From Ophelia neglecta (taxonomy: Eukaryota): a DNA stretch of 64,000 nucleotides. Made by a program: the position numbers and the translations under genes. Location: NCBI GenBank assembly GCA_965285935.1, contig OZ260661.1:103354001-103418000 (forward strand), written 5' to 3'. Under the pieces are notes generated by a model that ran no database searches, had not been told where the DNA came from, and saw only the letters and a program-made list of their open reading frames with translations. Below, piece by piece: positions 1 through 14,220 of this stretch. Numbering within the stretch: the first letter of the stretch is position 1; each line of letters starts with the position of its first letter.

Positions 1-2853
1 TAATAAGTGGCAATATCGCAAGAATTATATACAACAAAATAGAACTTAAATGACTGGCAATATCGCACCAGTGATACAATATACAATAATTATTGCACTT
101 ATATTTATCTTCGAACTTGATAGACACATCTATCAATACCTATCCTTTACCCGAGTAAATCTAACAATGCCTATCCTTTACCTGAGTATCACCGTCAGAC
201 TGCTTTAACTTATTCAACAAGAATAACCTATTTTAACCAACACTCTGTAGTAGGTGAGGGTATCACATAATACCCTTATCCCAAAATGGCTGAGACAATT
301 GTATGCTTCTAACGGCTAGGAAATTAATATAGGTTGTAGTTTCACTCCTTAATTTTTAGCAAGAATTTAGGCACATAGCTACCGAGTGTATTGACACTCC
401 GTCTCACCAAACTGTTAGGAAGAGGGTGCCAAAAGGTATGATTTTCTAGATATTTTAGGACTTATACACCAGGATTTTCTTGGTGAACCCCCAGAGGCAC
501 ATAAAAAACTTCACCTTTACTAAGAAAGTTTTGATTATTTAAATTGATACCCGATTTGTTTCAAAAACACACTTATAATCGGGGTAAGGTTGATTTCGAG
601 ACTTTAAAGCGTGATGTTTTTTTTATGTTCCTTTGGGGATTTTTATTAAGCAGATTATCTACTTAGAATTTGTTCTAAGAATTTCATTGTCAAGTAAACT
701 TCTGCGGAGGTGGGAAAATTGCAAATTATTTCTATTATGGTTTGTTTCCATTGAATATGCGATTCACAGCTATGGTATTTGTCTAGTTTATAAATAATTC
801 CTACGTTTGTGATATGACTTATTTTTGCCCTCTCAACTTATATTAGTCTGTCATTGAGAATATATTAGCTATGTCTATTGAAAGAATCTCATTACTGGTA
901 ACAATTACTAAGAAAATACTAACTTGATGAATCAACTTGCACTTGATGATTTCATGATTGGTGATTCAATGTTTGCATGGTACAGCGGACCATTGTACAT
1001 GCGTAACTTTGTGAAAGTTGAGGACACCATCATTACACTTAAGCTAGCCGTTATGACCTATTTGTGCCACAGACCAGAGGTAAACCAGTTGTGCCAAGGA
1101 CCAGGGGTGAAGTGGGTACACACGCCTTTGAAAACCAGGGGGGGGGGGCTAAGTTGTGGAGTAATCTCCCGTCCCAAGTTAAAGTTATTGATCATTTGAA
1201 CCAATTCAAGCTGGCCTGTCAACAGTATTTGCTTGCCTCATAAATGTTATTATTTTTTGTTCTTATCATGAATTGTAATTTGAACAGGTGTGGTGTGTGG
1301 ATTGTAAAGCTCTGTGCGCCATCTGTCTCTTCAGGAAGGTGTCTATGCCATGTACTCTGGGCCACCATGGGAAAAATCTAGCCTTGTCTGACTTTTAGTG
1401 CATCCTTTTCGGAAAACGTGCAATAAGCGTAGTCCTTTGATAGTTTTAGGTATTTGAGTTCTTCTTGGCTAGACGCCGAACATTGAATTGTAAATTTTAA
1501 TTTACCGAATAAAAATAGATCAATCAATCAATATACAAAAGGAATATAATATTAAGTGCAGGACATTCATTCAGCCAAAATATTTTAAACATGATGTCAA
1601 ACGTTAGCTGAGTCCATAGGGTTGATCATTTGGGAAATGAAGCGTCAACTTAGGTTTCCTAGAAACATATCGTGAGTAATTTGATTTGAAAAACTAAAAC
1701 GATTTATACAAATAAAAAGAAAAATCAATTTGGATTCAGATACATTTATAAGTATATGGCATTAATTCAGTACCTATTGTTAGCAAACTCAATATACATG
1801 TACCCTCATTCACAATTGATCGGGGGCTATTACTCCGACAATGAAGCGGGCCGACTGCGTTGGAGGCCGACAATGATAGGGGACGAGTTGACTGGCAGTT
1901 GCGGCTCAAAAGTAGGCAAAACCTCACGTACCCCACACATAAAAATGTCCAGTATAGCAATCTCTTATGTATAGTATAAGGAACCTCTCACACAGCCTCT
2001 CAATCCTTTAAATAGACCATTGACATGTATGGCAGGTCGTCGTCACGAAAATAAATATGCTAATAGTACCATTTATTAGCATCAAACTATTTTAAATGAT
2101 TGGTCACTTATATGAGCTAGTGGCCATTGTACTAATGAATTAAGGATATACAAAGAAATAGTTTTCTTAATAGCAAGCCAATGATGAAATGAAGACTTCA
2201 ATTTAGGCCAATCTTTATCTGTAAACCTCGGCTGTAAACATGGTAAAATCAACTGGCCACTTTACAAGCTGTTTCAAATCAGAATATAGGGTATAGCAAA
2301 ATGTCTTTCAGATCAGACTTTGCATAAATGCTCTTCTGCCCAAGCAGGATGACGCCCACAATGTTCCGAGGGCTATGCCGAATTCCATTTAAAAAAATGC
2401 CAAATTGTGGGTACTGTGTTATCTACCAGGCCATGTAAGTCAATGACAAGTAAAGCTACAGACGATGGTGATAACATCAGTCTGATTGTAGCAGACTGAT
2501 GCAGAATGCTGTTCTATCGATTGGCTGAGAATATAGAAGGCTGTTGCATCTAGCAGCCACACTTGCCTTGATACATAATACTCGCTCAAAGCCGACGCAC
2601 AGAGCAGCTGACAGTAGTGTGTGAGGGTAGGTTGTTTTCATCAGTCATTTTGAGTACGTATAAATATGTGTTGCATTGGATGTACTTAAACTCCATGGAT
2701 ATGGCATTCATTTAGGTAAAGGTGTGTTACGTCTTTTCACTGTTTTATCCAGTTGATGCACTTGATTGCACAAAATAGAGGTGTATACACATATACGTTG
2801 TGCAACTGTTAGTGACCCACTTTTGCCTTTCATTGATTCACAGCATCTCTTAT

Positions 2854-3804
2854 AGGGAGTGTTCATAATTATCCGCGGGGGGGGGGGCATTTTGGATCCG
2901 ACTTGGCCGAAAAAAATTTCCCCGTCCCTCCGCCCCAATTAGGGTAGTCGAAACTCATGCTATACGCCCCCCCCCCCCCCCCCCTCCACCAGTTTTGTGA
3001 TCAGAACTATAATACCACCCACGGATTAGGCCTACGAAGAACGCTTCAGAATGAAAATGGCTGATGTTTCTTGCCTAGTTTAAACTATCCAGACGTCTTC
3101 GCGAAGGGGCTGCATCGCGATGCACGCCCAGGGGTCGCAGGTTAATGAATATCACAATATATGAATTGTGCATGGCAGTCCGCGCATAAAACAAATGAAA
3201 AGTGCGTATCAAGAAGTGAAGTATCAAGTAGTGAAGAATGCGTATCAACAAGAGAAGACGAGACGAGTTCGTATATAGCGAAAGGAAAATCGTGGGAGTT
3301 AGGGGCCTTGGCAGGGCCTGACATATCTTTTAAAAACCACTAGCCCAGAGACTTAAAAGTTTGGCCTTGTTGACATACGACATTTGTAAATGAAGCTAAA
3401 ATTCACTTGTCCGGCGTACATTTTTACTTGCCCCGGGCAGGTGGGCAATGGCTTATGTCAGACCCTGCTAGGGCGACTAAGAGACTAGTTAGTTAGCAAT
3501 TTTAATAACAGAGAAGCGAAAAGAACATACGGAAGCTGAAGTACGTCACTTACAGTCGTAGTATATAGAAAGAGACTGAAGATTGTTTGTATGAAATACG
3601 TTGCAAGAAGACATGATTTCGCCTGTGAGCATTACGGTGTGGGGATTGGGGATTCCCCCATTTTAAGGCGTCTGAGAAGATGCTAAAGTGAAAATATTGA
3701 ACACCCTACCCCTACCCCTCCTCCACTGTCTTCCTCTCAATCTTTTACACCACCCCCGTTTTCTAACCCCCCCCCCCCCCGGGACAATACTAATGAACAC
3801 TCTT
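2854..3804. mobile_element. Non-autonomous TIR element (MITE-like), composite, containing a nested MITE
   Basis: Imperfect terminal inverted repeats: left gggagtgttcataattatccgcgggggg, right cccccccgggacaatactaatgaacactctt. Both abut poly-G/C tracts; no coding capacity. Confidence 0.45.
3312..3467. mobile_element. MITE with CAGGG ends (hAT-like termini)
   Basis: 14-bp TIR with 1 mismatch: cagggcctgacata (3312-3325) and tatgtcagaccctg (3454-3467). No clean 8-bp TSD (flanks cttgg / ctagg). Confidence 0.6.
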
Positions 3805-4329
3805 TGATGTGTCGCACAGCACACTGAACATATTCGTGATGCGACCTTCGGTGACTAAGTGAATTCCACTGTTTATACAATATACATGTTGAATCTGATA
3901 GCAGGAATGAGAGGGATAAATGTTTGCAATTATTGGACCACAAACAAAATCACCTTAGTATATTCCAACTAGATATAGGCATCCCACATGAAATAGTTGT
4001 ATCAGGGGCATTTTGGTGAAGGGTTTGGTCGATAAATTTCCCTAAGTTGCCATGTTCGTGATCGGAATAATGTAAAACATACATTTCTATTAGAGGATCA
4101 ATATTTCATGTTTGTCGGTGTCAAACAAGCTGTACTGTAGTTTCATGTAGCTCTCTACGTGTGTTCTAGTTACACTTGGCATGATTATTATGGTGACAGA
4201 GAAACTAGGAGCTCGGTAGAATATACTGTTAGTCATTGGACGAGCCGGTGAAAATTTGTTTTCCATGGGGTCGATTAGGATGAGAGAGCTGTAGCCATTC
4301 CATTATAAACTTTAGTAAATAATTGAAAA

Positions 4330-4625
4330 CCACATACACTATAGCACCACCATGGGACAGTTATACTGCACGGAGGTCATGTATTATATAAATACCATAT
4401 TTACAGTGAACGATATGCAATGAGCTGAAATTTGATGCTGATATGACTTGATCTGACTTTCCATTTGATATCAACTCCTCCTTCTTAAATCAAATTTGAA
4501 GATATTACACATTATAATATGAAACTGTCTCGCTTTTATTATCAAAGAGTACAGACATTTAATACATATGATAATATTCAACAGGATAGCTCGCGGAGAG
4601 GTCCAACAAGGATCTCTAATGGGTG
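4330..4625 (+). mobile_element. Decayed LINE reverse transcriptase fragment
   Basis: Frameshifted translations in the expected order resemble non-LTR RT motifs: HYSTT (~HST), LDLT/FDIN..FL..I*RY (~DLSKAFDxV..LL.KL..Y) and GEVQQGSLMG (~GVPQGSxLG). Confidence 0.45.
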
Positions 4626-7600
4626 TATAATATGGATGGTCACCCGTAGCTAAGGCCGTAAATTGGTGACCTGCTTGCCAGTCATTTGTGATCCATATAA
4701 AAAGTGTATATGTGTGTTGAGAACTGCGGGATTCGCTCGCATGCATGTACATGTACTTGCATCAGATTGCAGTTAAAGAAAGAGTTCTATACCAAGTAAC
4801 CTGTGGCTTAGCTGGTAGTGAAAAGCGCCCACTACAGATCGTGGCTCTTGTGTTTATGCATGAACTCAGAACTGTGTCTGTAAGCATAATACAGTAGTGT
4901 ACTACATGTAAAGTGCTCCACCCAGCCACCAAGTGTTAGCCCAAGGGACGTACCATTTGGTAACTGGGGTCGGCGGTTGGGGGGGGGACTTGAAGAAGAA
5001 AATATCTTTCGGTAATTATTGTAGATAGAAAAGGTTTGTTTGATTAATTCTGAAGAAAAACGGTCACTTTGGGTCAAATTTTGTAAAACTATGTCTGATT
5101 ATTGTAAAAGAGAAAATGTTTGTAAAAAAAGTAATATTTAAGCATCCCCCCACGGGGAGGGGGGGGGGTCAATTATTTAATGGTGCGTTTGTAAGTGATG
5201 TATTCACCAGCCACTGTATTTAATCAGGCTGGTGTACTCGGCTGCTATGTGCGGTATTCTGTGTAGTTGAGCAGATTTAGTAATTGTTATTTCGACACAC
5301 ACCAGCGCTGTAGCGTCCTAGATCGATCGATGGCTAGATAGATGGAGTTTTAAACAGTGATATATACATGTTTAATGAACAACCGTGCAAAATAGAATAC
5401 AATTTCATTTTATATAGTGAAAAAAACATTCAGTGCATTTGCATAAAGCTACACATTCAGGAACATCTCTCTATATTCTTAACATATGATAGGCCTATAG
5501 GAACAGTTGTATATTCAATGAAATGTACACACATTGATTTTTCGACGTCAGATAAGGATATGCGTTACACTTGTAACGTTAATGTGACGGGTTAATTTAT
5601 CGGACGTCGAACAACAGAAACGGGAGTCGTTACCCGACAGAGAACTAAAATCATCTGTCAAGAGTGAGAATAATTCAATAAGGTGCCGGTCCGTGATCAT
5701 TAAGAGCCAGAAGTCACAGGCCGACATACATCAATCCTCTTCTCCCAAACAATAAACAGTCCTTTAATGCATCTAAAAAAAATTACATCAAATTTATATC
5801 TCTTGCAATGAGAAGTAGTCAACAGTTTAAAGCTCTAAGTTTAAGACGTCACAGAGGCGATACACTCATTGCTTACACTGTACTAGAGATAACTGTGAAC
5901 CTGTGTTTACAGCACCAGACGACACAAGATTACTATGTTCAAACTATAGCGAAGTAAAGCCTTAAAATCCGTTGATGAAATCAATAGATCCACATTCGAT
6001 CCGTTCATGGTCCAGTTGATACGAAGCCTTTCGTAAATCATGTGAGGCCTACAGCAAAACGCTTCTGATAAACATGGGAACTTGTTTCTACAGGTCGACA
6101 TGTTCTGGCATGTTTTAATTCGTATACCGAGTAAACACCCCAAAAAAATCTGTTTTCCTAGATATATTGCTTATGTAATCAAGGGGGGTTGTGAGTCAAC
6201 AAACGTCCATTGATACACAAAATGTTTATTAACAATCCAATCACACTCCTGGTACACCACATGACATGCAGACATAAAAAGTGGAGGAAGACGATTAACA
6301 AACTCCTATTTGAGAGAACAAAACCAATTACAAAAACCCTCATAAACAATCCTGTTCAAGTGACTTGTCCTGTCTAATAAATGACTATATAAACTGTTTC
6401 CCTTCAAATTACAATTTAAGGTTTCCTAATTGGCTGACAGAAATTGGTGTCACACAATTACCAAATTGGACAGTGGCTTACTTAGGCAGACCTTTGACAT
6501 ATACAAATTGTTCCCTGACCTAAATTGGGACTGACCACTTCCTTCGCACGGTTCCGTGATCCCAGCTGATTCAGGTCAAGACCACACAGGGCCAGCAGAA
6601 TGCCATACATACACATACACACACAGTGTCACTGTCAACTATTACAACAGAAATGTCACGCACATATAAGGAAATGACACATGGCTACACTTACTGTCAA
6701 CATAATAATAATTTAAACGTGTGCGGCTATTCAAAATGTGCGTCTTACTTGTAAATATTTACAAGTTAGCGCAGCTTATATAAATTAAGCTGCCTATTAT
6801 GTGATGTGGGCCTTAAACATATCCAATGACATGGCTGCAGGTGATACCATTTAATGTACAGCATTCCAGTGTACGCTTCATACTGGTATATATTAACGTT
6901 AGTATATAATATGTTAATAACTATATGAGGTAAATCTCTGGTACAATCCCGGTATATGCCCATGTGGTCCCGGGGGTTGGAGGGGGGGAGGGGGCAAAAA
7001 ATGACTAGTGCATTAGGTAAATAATGGTGGCATTTTATGTTTAAGGTATAACACAACCTTTGAGCACAATAAAAGTGCAATAAATAGCCATAAATGGTCA
7101 CAGTATGACAAGGATGGGCACCAATAAGGTAACAGATCCGTAACGAAACGGCATCCTTGTGAAAACTGACTACCAAATGCTAAGAAATCTGGCGTTCCAA
7201 ATGCAAAACAAGGGAATATATCCCGCTTGAAATTGAAACATTTGACCTGTTTTTAAATTATACAAGAAACAAGTATTCACATAAGGATTAAATTCAAAAT
7301 AGAAAATCGACATTTAACGACTCTAAAGAGAGGATATTGTTCTTCATGTGAATCCTATTCGATTCATTCGTAAGATGTTGGCAGTATAAGGCACTAACAA
7401 TACAACGTGATGTGATCGAGCGATTGAGTCACCTTTATAATTAACAGTGGTTTATATTTGTTTACATCCTAGTGTGTTGGTTTCTAAGAAGCGAATGTAA
7501 TACCGAACTGTAGGTTTTATATCTGTCAGGTGCACCAAACGCCCGCCGAGGTAACTTTTGTCAAAAATACAAAGAATAGTTAAATCTGCGAAGTAACACT

Positions 7601-10600
7601 AGTATATATAAGAGTTTTTGAAACAACATTTATTCTAAAAAAGGTCTGTTATTAATTTCCCAGCAAACTGACAGATATATCAACAGCCAGCGGAATATTT
7701 TGCTCCTCCCAAGCATAATATACAGTGCATATACAAATATATTTTGACAGTACGCGGGTATCCATCAGCATCAGAACGGATTTTCATCAGAACAGATCCG
7801 CTGGGTGACCGCGTCATGTAACAAGTCTATTCCAGTATCCATTACAATTATTAACCAGGAGAACAAATGAAATAGTTTTGTATTCATTAACCTCCTATTA
7901 TTATTGGTTCTCTTCTTTCTTAACTTGGCCAGAGTGGCTTAAGCTGACAGACAATACTGCCATTTCGTCATACCAATTATCTCTAGGGAGGGGGGCATTA
8001 TAATGACACGCTTTGTGGTGATACAGAGCAGAGAGGGCCTTGTGTTTCCTGGGTACATGTACGCTTTCACTGTCTGCCATTTTTCAGTACAAACCATTCA
8101 TTTACGTTAAGGTAGGCTACCTACGCAATAGCACGTTTTATTCATTGACTTCGACCAGACAGTCCATTTCTGAAACATATAATGGATAAAACCGCTACAC
8201 ATGGTGATAATTGATTTCAGAAAATACGAGGCCTGGAAAGAACGGCTTATTCGGAGACCCGTGTGCGCCCCTAGAATTGTGTACATTATATTTTGGTTGC
8301 GAACTATTCAAGTGTTGAAGCGTAGCGCAAACATTTCTGGTCCGATAGTCGTCTTGTAGTGAGTGCAAGGGACAATCTGTAGCTGCTGTCGGTAAGAAAA
8401 TTACAATGTTTTATCGTATTTGTAAGAATTTCACGTTAATTACATTGAAAGGCCTGTTCATGTATTAGGGACACTGATGTCCATTCATCGTACCAATCAC
8501 ATAAACTGTACATGTAAATGCTTGGTACTACTACCAGGAATTAGGTTAAAGCAACATCAAATCTGCCTCATAGTTAATGCTGTGTAATTTTCAAGCGTCG
8601 TACAAGCCTAAACGACGCTAGACAGTCTGACCTAGTTAATCACTAACGGTTAGGAACTATCATAGGATTTGGAAGGCCAGATTTTGTAGCATTTTGTAGT
8701 CAGTTTTCATATGCTTGTTGACATGGTTGATAGTATTTCAAAGATAGCGCATAAAAGGGCGTAGGATGAGTGACACAGGTGCGTGGTAATGATCCCCGTG
8801 ATAAACACCAGGTGAGCCGGAGGGCGCATGGCACGCCGCTTAAACATCCCTCTCCAGCATCAAAATTATACTATTGACGGTATCGAGAACGGTGATAGGT
8901 AAACTATTGTGTTATTAAGACAATCATCAGGCTAATTATCCACCTCCGTAGGCCTATATGCCTTATATACTTATTATAGATAGGCCTATATGCTAAAAAA
9001 TAAGCTCTTTACCCGATGAGCCTTCTCTCTTTGGAATATTGTGACCATAGTATGAGAATGGCGCCACAATTGTGATTAGCAAATAGTCGGAACGAAATGT
9101 CGACTTGTCTAAGTTCCATTTAAGGGTATATAAACTGAATGTTGTTTTAGAAATTCAAATTGAAATAGAGCAAAAACATTCTAACAGATACCAGAGTGGC
9201 CTAGGATCCGTTTTGGCAGCACGAATTCACTATGTAATTGTAATTGTTTATTAGAAACTATAGAAATAATATAAACAGGAACTACATGTAACAGCTGAGG
9301 ACCTCTTGCATGCCAAGCAAGCAATCAAACGAAAATATCTACTGCCTTTTCCACTGAACAAGTTAAGGTTGGAATAGCTCAGAAACTTATTGCCCATTGA
9401 GAGATTTATTTTTCAGTTCCAATGGTGACTTCAGATTAGAAAAGGCCTAAATCAGCCTTAAACATTTGAGAAGTGTAAATATATCAGGACATTTATGTGA
9501 CGTGTGACCCTGACATGTCAGTATGAGACATGTAAGCATACAATTGATCAGTTATAAATTTGGACGACTTACATGTTAAATGAATATGCCACCCACAACA
9601 CATAGAAAAGTGCTGGTTCCTCGATTAGCCGGAAGCCCCATTATAAGTGAATGGGACTTCCAGTAGTAGTAGTAATATTTTGCTATAAAATCATGTATTT
9701 TCTGTCAAATATTTGTTTTCCGAATATTGATAGTTGATTTTTGGGCAGTTCATTCATCTGGCCATCGAATGATGCCCTTCGTTACCCCAGCAAAATAGTG
9801 AGCTTGCCAGCCATTCAATTAGTGACTAAGGACCTGGGGGTATAAGGCAGAGTTTTCAATGTGCACAAGACGGTGCAATGAGAAACCTGTAGATATAAGA
9901 GAAACTGAAACAAGTTCCTCGTGCATGTTATGATGAAGGCAGTGCCGCAAATCGATCGCAGTAATGCCTGGAAATCTGTATAGTCGAGCTTTAGGATGCA
10001 AAATACCACTGCGCAGTCTTCATGTACTTGTGCGGTTCGTTGGTGGAGGTTACGGCGTTTAGTCCTATATTGTTCTATGTGCGGGAACCAGTATGGCCGC
10101 TGCGTTTTACAGATGGGGGAATGTTGATGGGTAGCACACGTATACAGCCCATTTCTTTTCATTCCTCCCATTCTGTTTACACTCATGTCATGGTCAGAGC
10201 CTCGTCTCACTAGACAGCTGTTTTGCGGCTGCCAAGCTGCCCTTGACATAAAAGGTGAAAAACACACCTAAAATCAAATACATGGCACAAACGGCATTAA
10301 AATGTTCCTCAACATCCCAGTCAAAAGATAGGTAGAAAATTGACCGATGGATCATAATAGGGCCGTTATTATAATGGTAATATAACCGTTCAAACTATTC
10401 ACTGGTTACTCGTGATTCGTCAATTGGCTATAGGACATACGGACACATCGACGGACATATGAAGGACGCCATTTTTAATCGATGCCTAAGCTGTGCTATA
10501 GAACGAGAGCAAACCGAGCTAAGTTCGCCTTGCAGTTACTGTATTTACTTAAGTACTCACTTGACGAGGGAGTGTCTTATTACTGAATCATTTATGTGTA

Positions 10601-13207
10601 CACACTAAACCAAGGTTTAAGGAAGGGGGGGGGGGGGGGAGGGTGCGTTCCAGAAAATTGTCTTTCAAAAATGGATACCTCTAGCCCTATGCGAAGAATT
10701 AGGTACCCACTTTCTTCACTGGTCAATTCACTGGAAAACTCTCGTAGTGCAGCTCTCTTGAACTGAATCTCCGAGTGGTCAAACAGGGGAATGTCCTTAA
10801 ACCTAAGTCTAAAATAAATCCGCAAAAGTTCTGTCGAGAAACCAGTGGTTTTAAGCCTAACAGGTGCATGCATAATCTTTAGCTTTCATGACTGCGTCGT
10901 GGTCTGTCGGCCTTGGTGAAAATACAATGGAGGCTCTAGACAGCTAGTATTCTTTTATATAATCGTTTGCCCCATTCAAAACCCGGCAAGGCCCCATATT
11001 AATAAAAAACCCATACTGTCGGGTCCTTTTTAGTTCCACTAAAACTACAATTAACTGTGTGGCACTCCGTTCAGCAGTTGTTATTTCCATAAAGGCGTAC
11101 ACAGTCGCCATGATGGCGGGATTCTGAAATTATTAGGCACTTGAGTGAGCCAGACTTGGCCTGGAAGCTAGCTACGACTTGAAACCAGGAAGCTTTGTGT
11201 TTACCAGTTCATGTGATTCACGCAGTGAGACGCCATGAATGTACTTCTATGAGCGCAAATATTATGCACCCAGATTTGACTACAGGCACATCACACAGGA
11301 ATATTTATCCAAGCGCTTTATTTGGGGATAAAGCGAAGGAGCCGTCTACATAGTAGACTATATAGGGATTGATAAATAAGTGATATTTCAGGTAGGCCAT
11401 CGGACTTAATTATTCATGAATTCGTCTGGCAGTATGTGCATTCTTCTGTTGCAGTCGTTGGGTTGGCATCTTCGATCGCCAATTGATATATTTCGATCAA
11501 ATTGCCTTCACGTTGTAACGTTGGTCTTTGAAACTACACGAATTCGTGTGCCTAATGATATGGTTTGACGCTGTGCACGTCAATATTCTCTAAATGGCGT
11601 CGTGTGGAAATGTCAGAGGCACATCGGCAAATTAAGGCTTAGTCATACAACGGAAGCTTAACATAGCACTCTTGCATTGATGTTTTCTATTTTTGTCCAC
11701 ATCGCTAAAAATTATTTCTAAATCCCATGTGTGTTCATATTATATTTATGATTGTACCAAAATGGTATGGCTTAAATAAAATATGGGCTTACTTTCTCCA
11801 TGCCTAGTTAATTTATGAAACACCCGCATCATGCATGCTAGGTTAGTGTACACTATACTTTAACTATTATTATCATAAAGTATCTCGATTGTATTTGTTT
11901 GGACAATGAGTCTTCGGCCATCCTCGTCTGTTCCTACACCTCATTAACTCTTGGCTTATACATATATTAGATAGATCTATGTACAGACATGTGACAGATG
12001 TCGTGTTGTTGTCTGCGGGCGCCGAAAGCGATGTGAGGACACACAAGTGTCCCTGTGGCCGCTCGAACTTCACAAAGACACAAAGAGGCCATAAGATTAT
12101 ATTGGTTTTGAAAAAGATAAAGCCATACTCGCCGAACTTTTCTGGCGTGTGTTGCGAAAAAGTCAACAGTCCATATGACAGAAGGTATTTACGCCCTTTG
12201 AAGGTTTAAACAACAGATTCTTTTGTAAGTCTATAGGTGACAGACATGAAGTTCATGTAAGAGTCAGAGGCTTTATCCAGCTAATATTTTGGCAGTACGA
12301 CAGATTTATTAGTTACATTTCTGGACTCATTGTTCTCGGACATAACATGCATGATATGGCGTTCGAAAAAAAGGTGACATTGGCATAGATTCAAGGCCAA
12401 AGAAGTGCGTATAAGACCAAGTATATAATCTGATAACTGATCAAATACCTTCAGTTTTACACTAATACAGGTGTTGTTCATGCGTTTAAAGACTTGCTCA
12501 AGAATATGGGAGATTTGCCTTCATTAAGTTCAGTAGAAAATTTCTTTAGTGTCCACATTTTTATAAAGAGATCAAGCCATAACTGCCCTGCATGTTCAAC
12601 ACAAGATACAAGATATAAGTTTATATGGCAGAATAAGCCATAAGACCCCCCCCCCCCCAATGAAATAAATACTTGTATTAAGAATTCAACAGTTCTTGAC
12701 TATACAATATACAAACAAGTATTAAGAATTTAGTGTCCATCCATACCTTGCCTCGATCACATATAGCGGATGGCATATTGCCAAAGCGCAATGGATTTCA
12801 GAGGTCAAAGTTTAATGCGAAACACTTTTCCCTATAGCTTACTGGCCTTGTTTAACATCTAAACGTCAATAATGACGGAGACAATGGGCAGACTATTATT
12901 GTACCTTGTTCAGTTCCATTTCACATGTAGGAATCATGGTCATCTGTACGCGAGGGATCTGCAATTTGACGTAAAAACATGAACAACCAAAACACTCAGA
13001 GGGGACAAGGTCGGTCCCCGCAGTCGTCCTTACCATAGTCAAAATATTGATTTTCCAATTATTTCATTTGATGCCTGTGTAATAATATGGGTGCTTTTTC
13101 CCTTTCTACACTAATTTCGTACTCTATGACTTGGTAGACGTCTTTCTCGGATTCGTTATTTCATTTGATGTGTTTTTCTTTTCCAGTTGATACAAATAAC
13201 TTAGACA

Positions 13208-13522
13208 ATGACTGAGAAACAGGCTTATCCCCCTGAAAACACCGGTGCCCCGCCTCCAGCATACCCAGGTGGACCAGGTGGCCAGCCCCCGGCCCAGGGA
13301 TACCCCCCGTCCCAGGGATACCCCCCGGCCCAGGGATACCCTCCACCTCAGGGACAGGGATACCCACAACCACAAGGGTACCCCCAGCCAGCTCAGGGGT
13401 ACCCCCAGGGGTATTCTCAGCCCCAGGGGTACGCTTCTCCTGGGCAGGTCACAGTACAACAACCGGCAGGAATCTCCACTACCACGGTGGTAGTTGCTGG
13501 AGGGAACTGTCCTAAATGCCAC
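13208..13522 (+). CDS. BRI3: BRI3 (brain protein I3)-like paralog A, first coding exon (Pro/Gln/Gly/Tyr-rich N-terminus, PPAY motif, first CxxC)
   Basis: Acceptor ttttcttttccag ends at 13186; ATG at 13208; 105 codons ending VVAGGNCPKCH; phase-0 donor gtaag at 13523. Joins in frame to 14221. Confidence 0.9.
13283..13432 (+). repeat. Coding tandem repeat (QGYP/PPAQGY units) within BRI3-like A
   Basis: Repeated cagggatacccc-like units of about 15-24 nt translating to PPAQGY PPSQGY PPAQGY PPPQGQGY PQPQGY PQPAQGY PQGY SQPQGY. Confidence 0.85.
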
Positions 13523-14220
13523 GTAAGATGCTCTTATTTGGATTATTATAGAATAGTTAACTTATAAATATAAGTTATCTGTCATTATCAAATTTTTATT
13601 GACATTTTAGTTGTTAGGTACACCTGAACACTATCAATCATGTCGAAATGCCTACCTTTAATTTTTGAATACGTTGAATTCTTCAGGATGTCTATCCCAT
13701 AATGAACATTTGTTGTTAACAAGAAAAATATAAATAAATTAGACACTTTGTTAATGAGGTAAAAAAGCCGAGGGAAGTTTAAACGATGATCAGCCTTGCT
13801 ATATATATTGAATTTCTGATTTATTTGGAGAAAGCAGTGGCGGATTCAGGGGGGGGGGAGCCCCCCCCCCCCCATGCCAAAAAGTGGGCCTGGACCAGGG
13901 CCTATTTTCGGGCCCACGCAAGGTGGTTTTAGAGGGTTGGTAACGGGGACAATCCAGACATTTGCCTTCTCAGCCTTATAAAATTTGATGTTTTACTGCA
14001 TTATACCTATGATTAATCATTAAAAAATACTGGCTAAGATATTAATATGGTATTCGTAGGTACATGTTTATTGGCCTATTTCTCTTCGAACCATGAAAGT
14101 TTAATTATACTACGGTTGTACTTTGCCAACTATGGTAAAATATTCATTCCTCACACAGTTTACCTTCGAAAGATGAAATTATTTAATGTGGGTGATAAAG
14201 TGTTTCCTTTTCCTTTTCAG

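Noticed and set aside
924-1199. IGDSM motif suggesting an SGNH/GDSL esterase
   Set aside because: Only one short motif; no further SGNH blocks, and the ORF runs into a poly-G repeat.
9299-9322. tRNA-Ala-like anticodon arm on the minus strand; also A/B-box-like bits at about 4803, 18271 and 48580
   Set aside because: No complete cloverleaf can be built; at most SINE remnants.
10700-10760. Nudix-like AALRE..E motif in ORF 10592-10873
   Set aside because: The upstream Gx5E part and the EExG spacing of the Nudix box are missing.
13124-13522. Antisense and alternate-frame ORFs over BRI3-A (13124-13522, 13161-13373, 13245-13493), and likewise at 21744-22056
   Set aside because: Shadows of GC-rich repetitive coding exons.
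14047-14220. N-terminal part of ORF 14047-14349
   Set aside because: Intronic read-through upstream of the acceptor at 14220.
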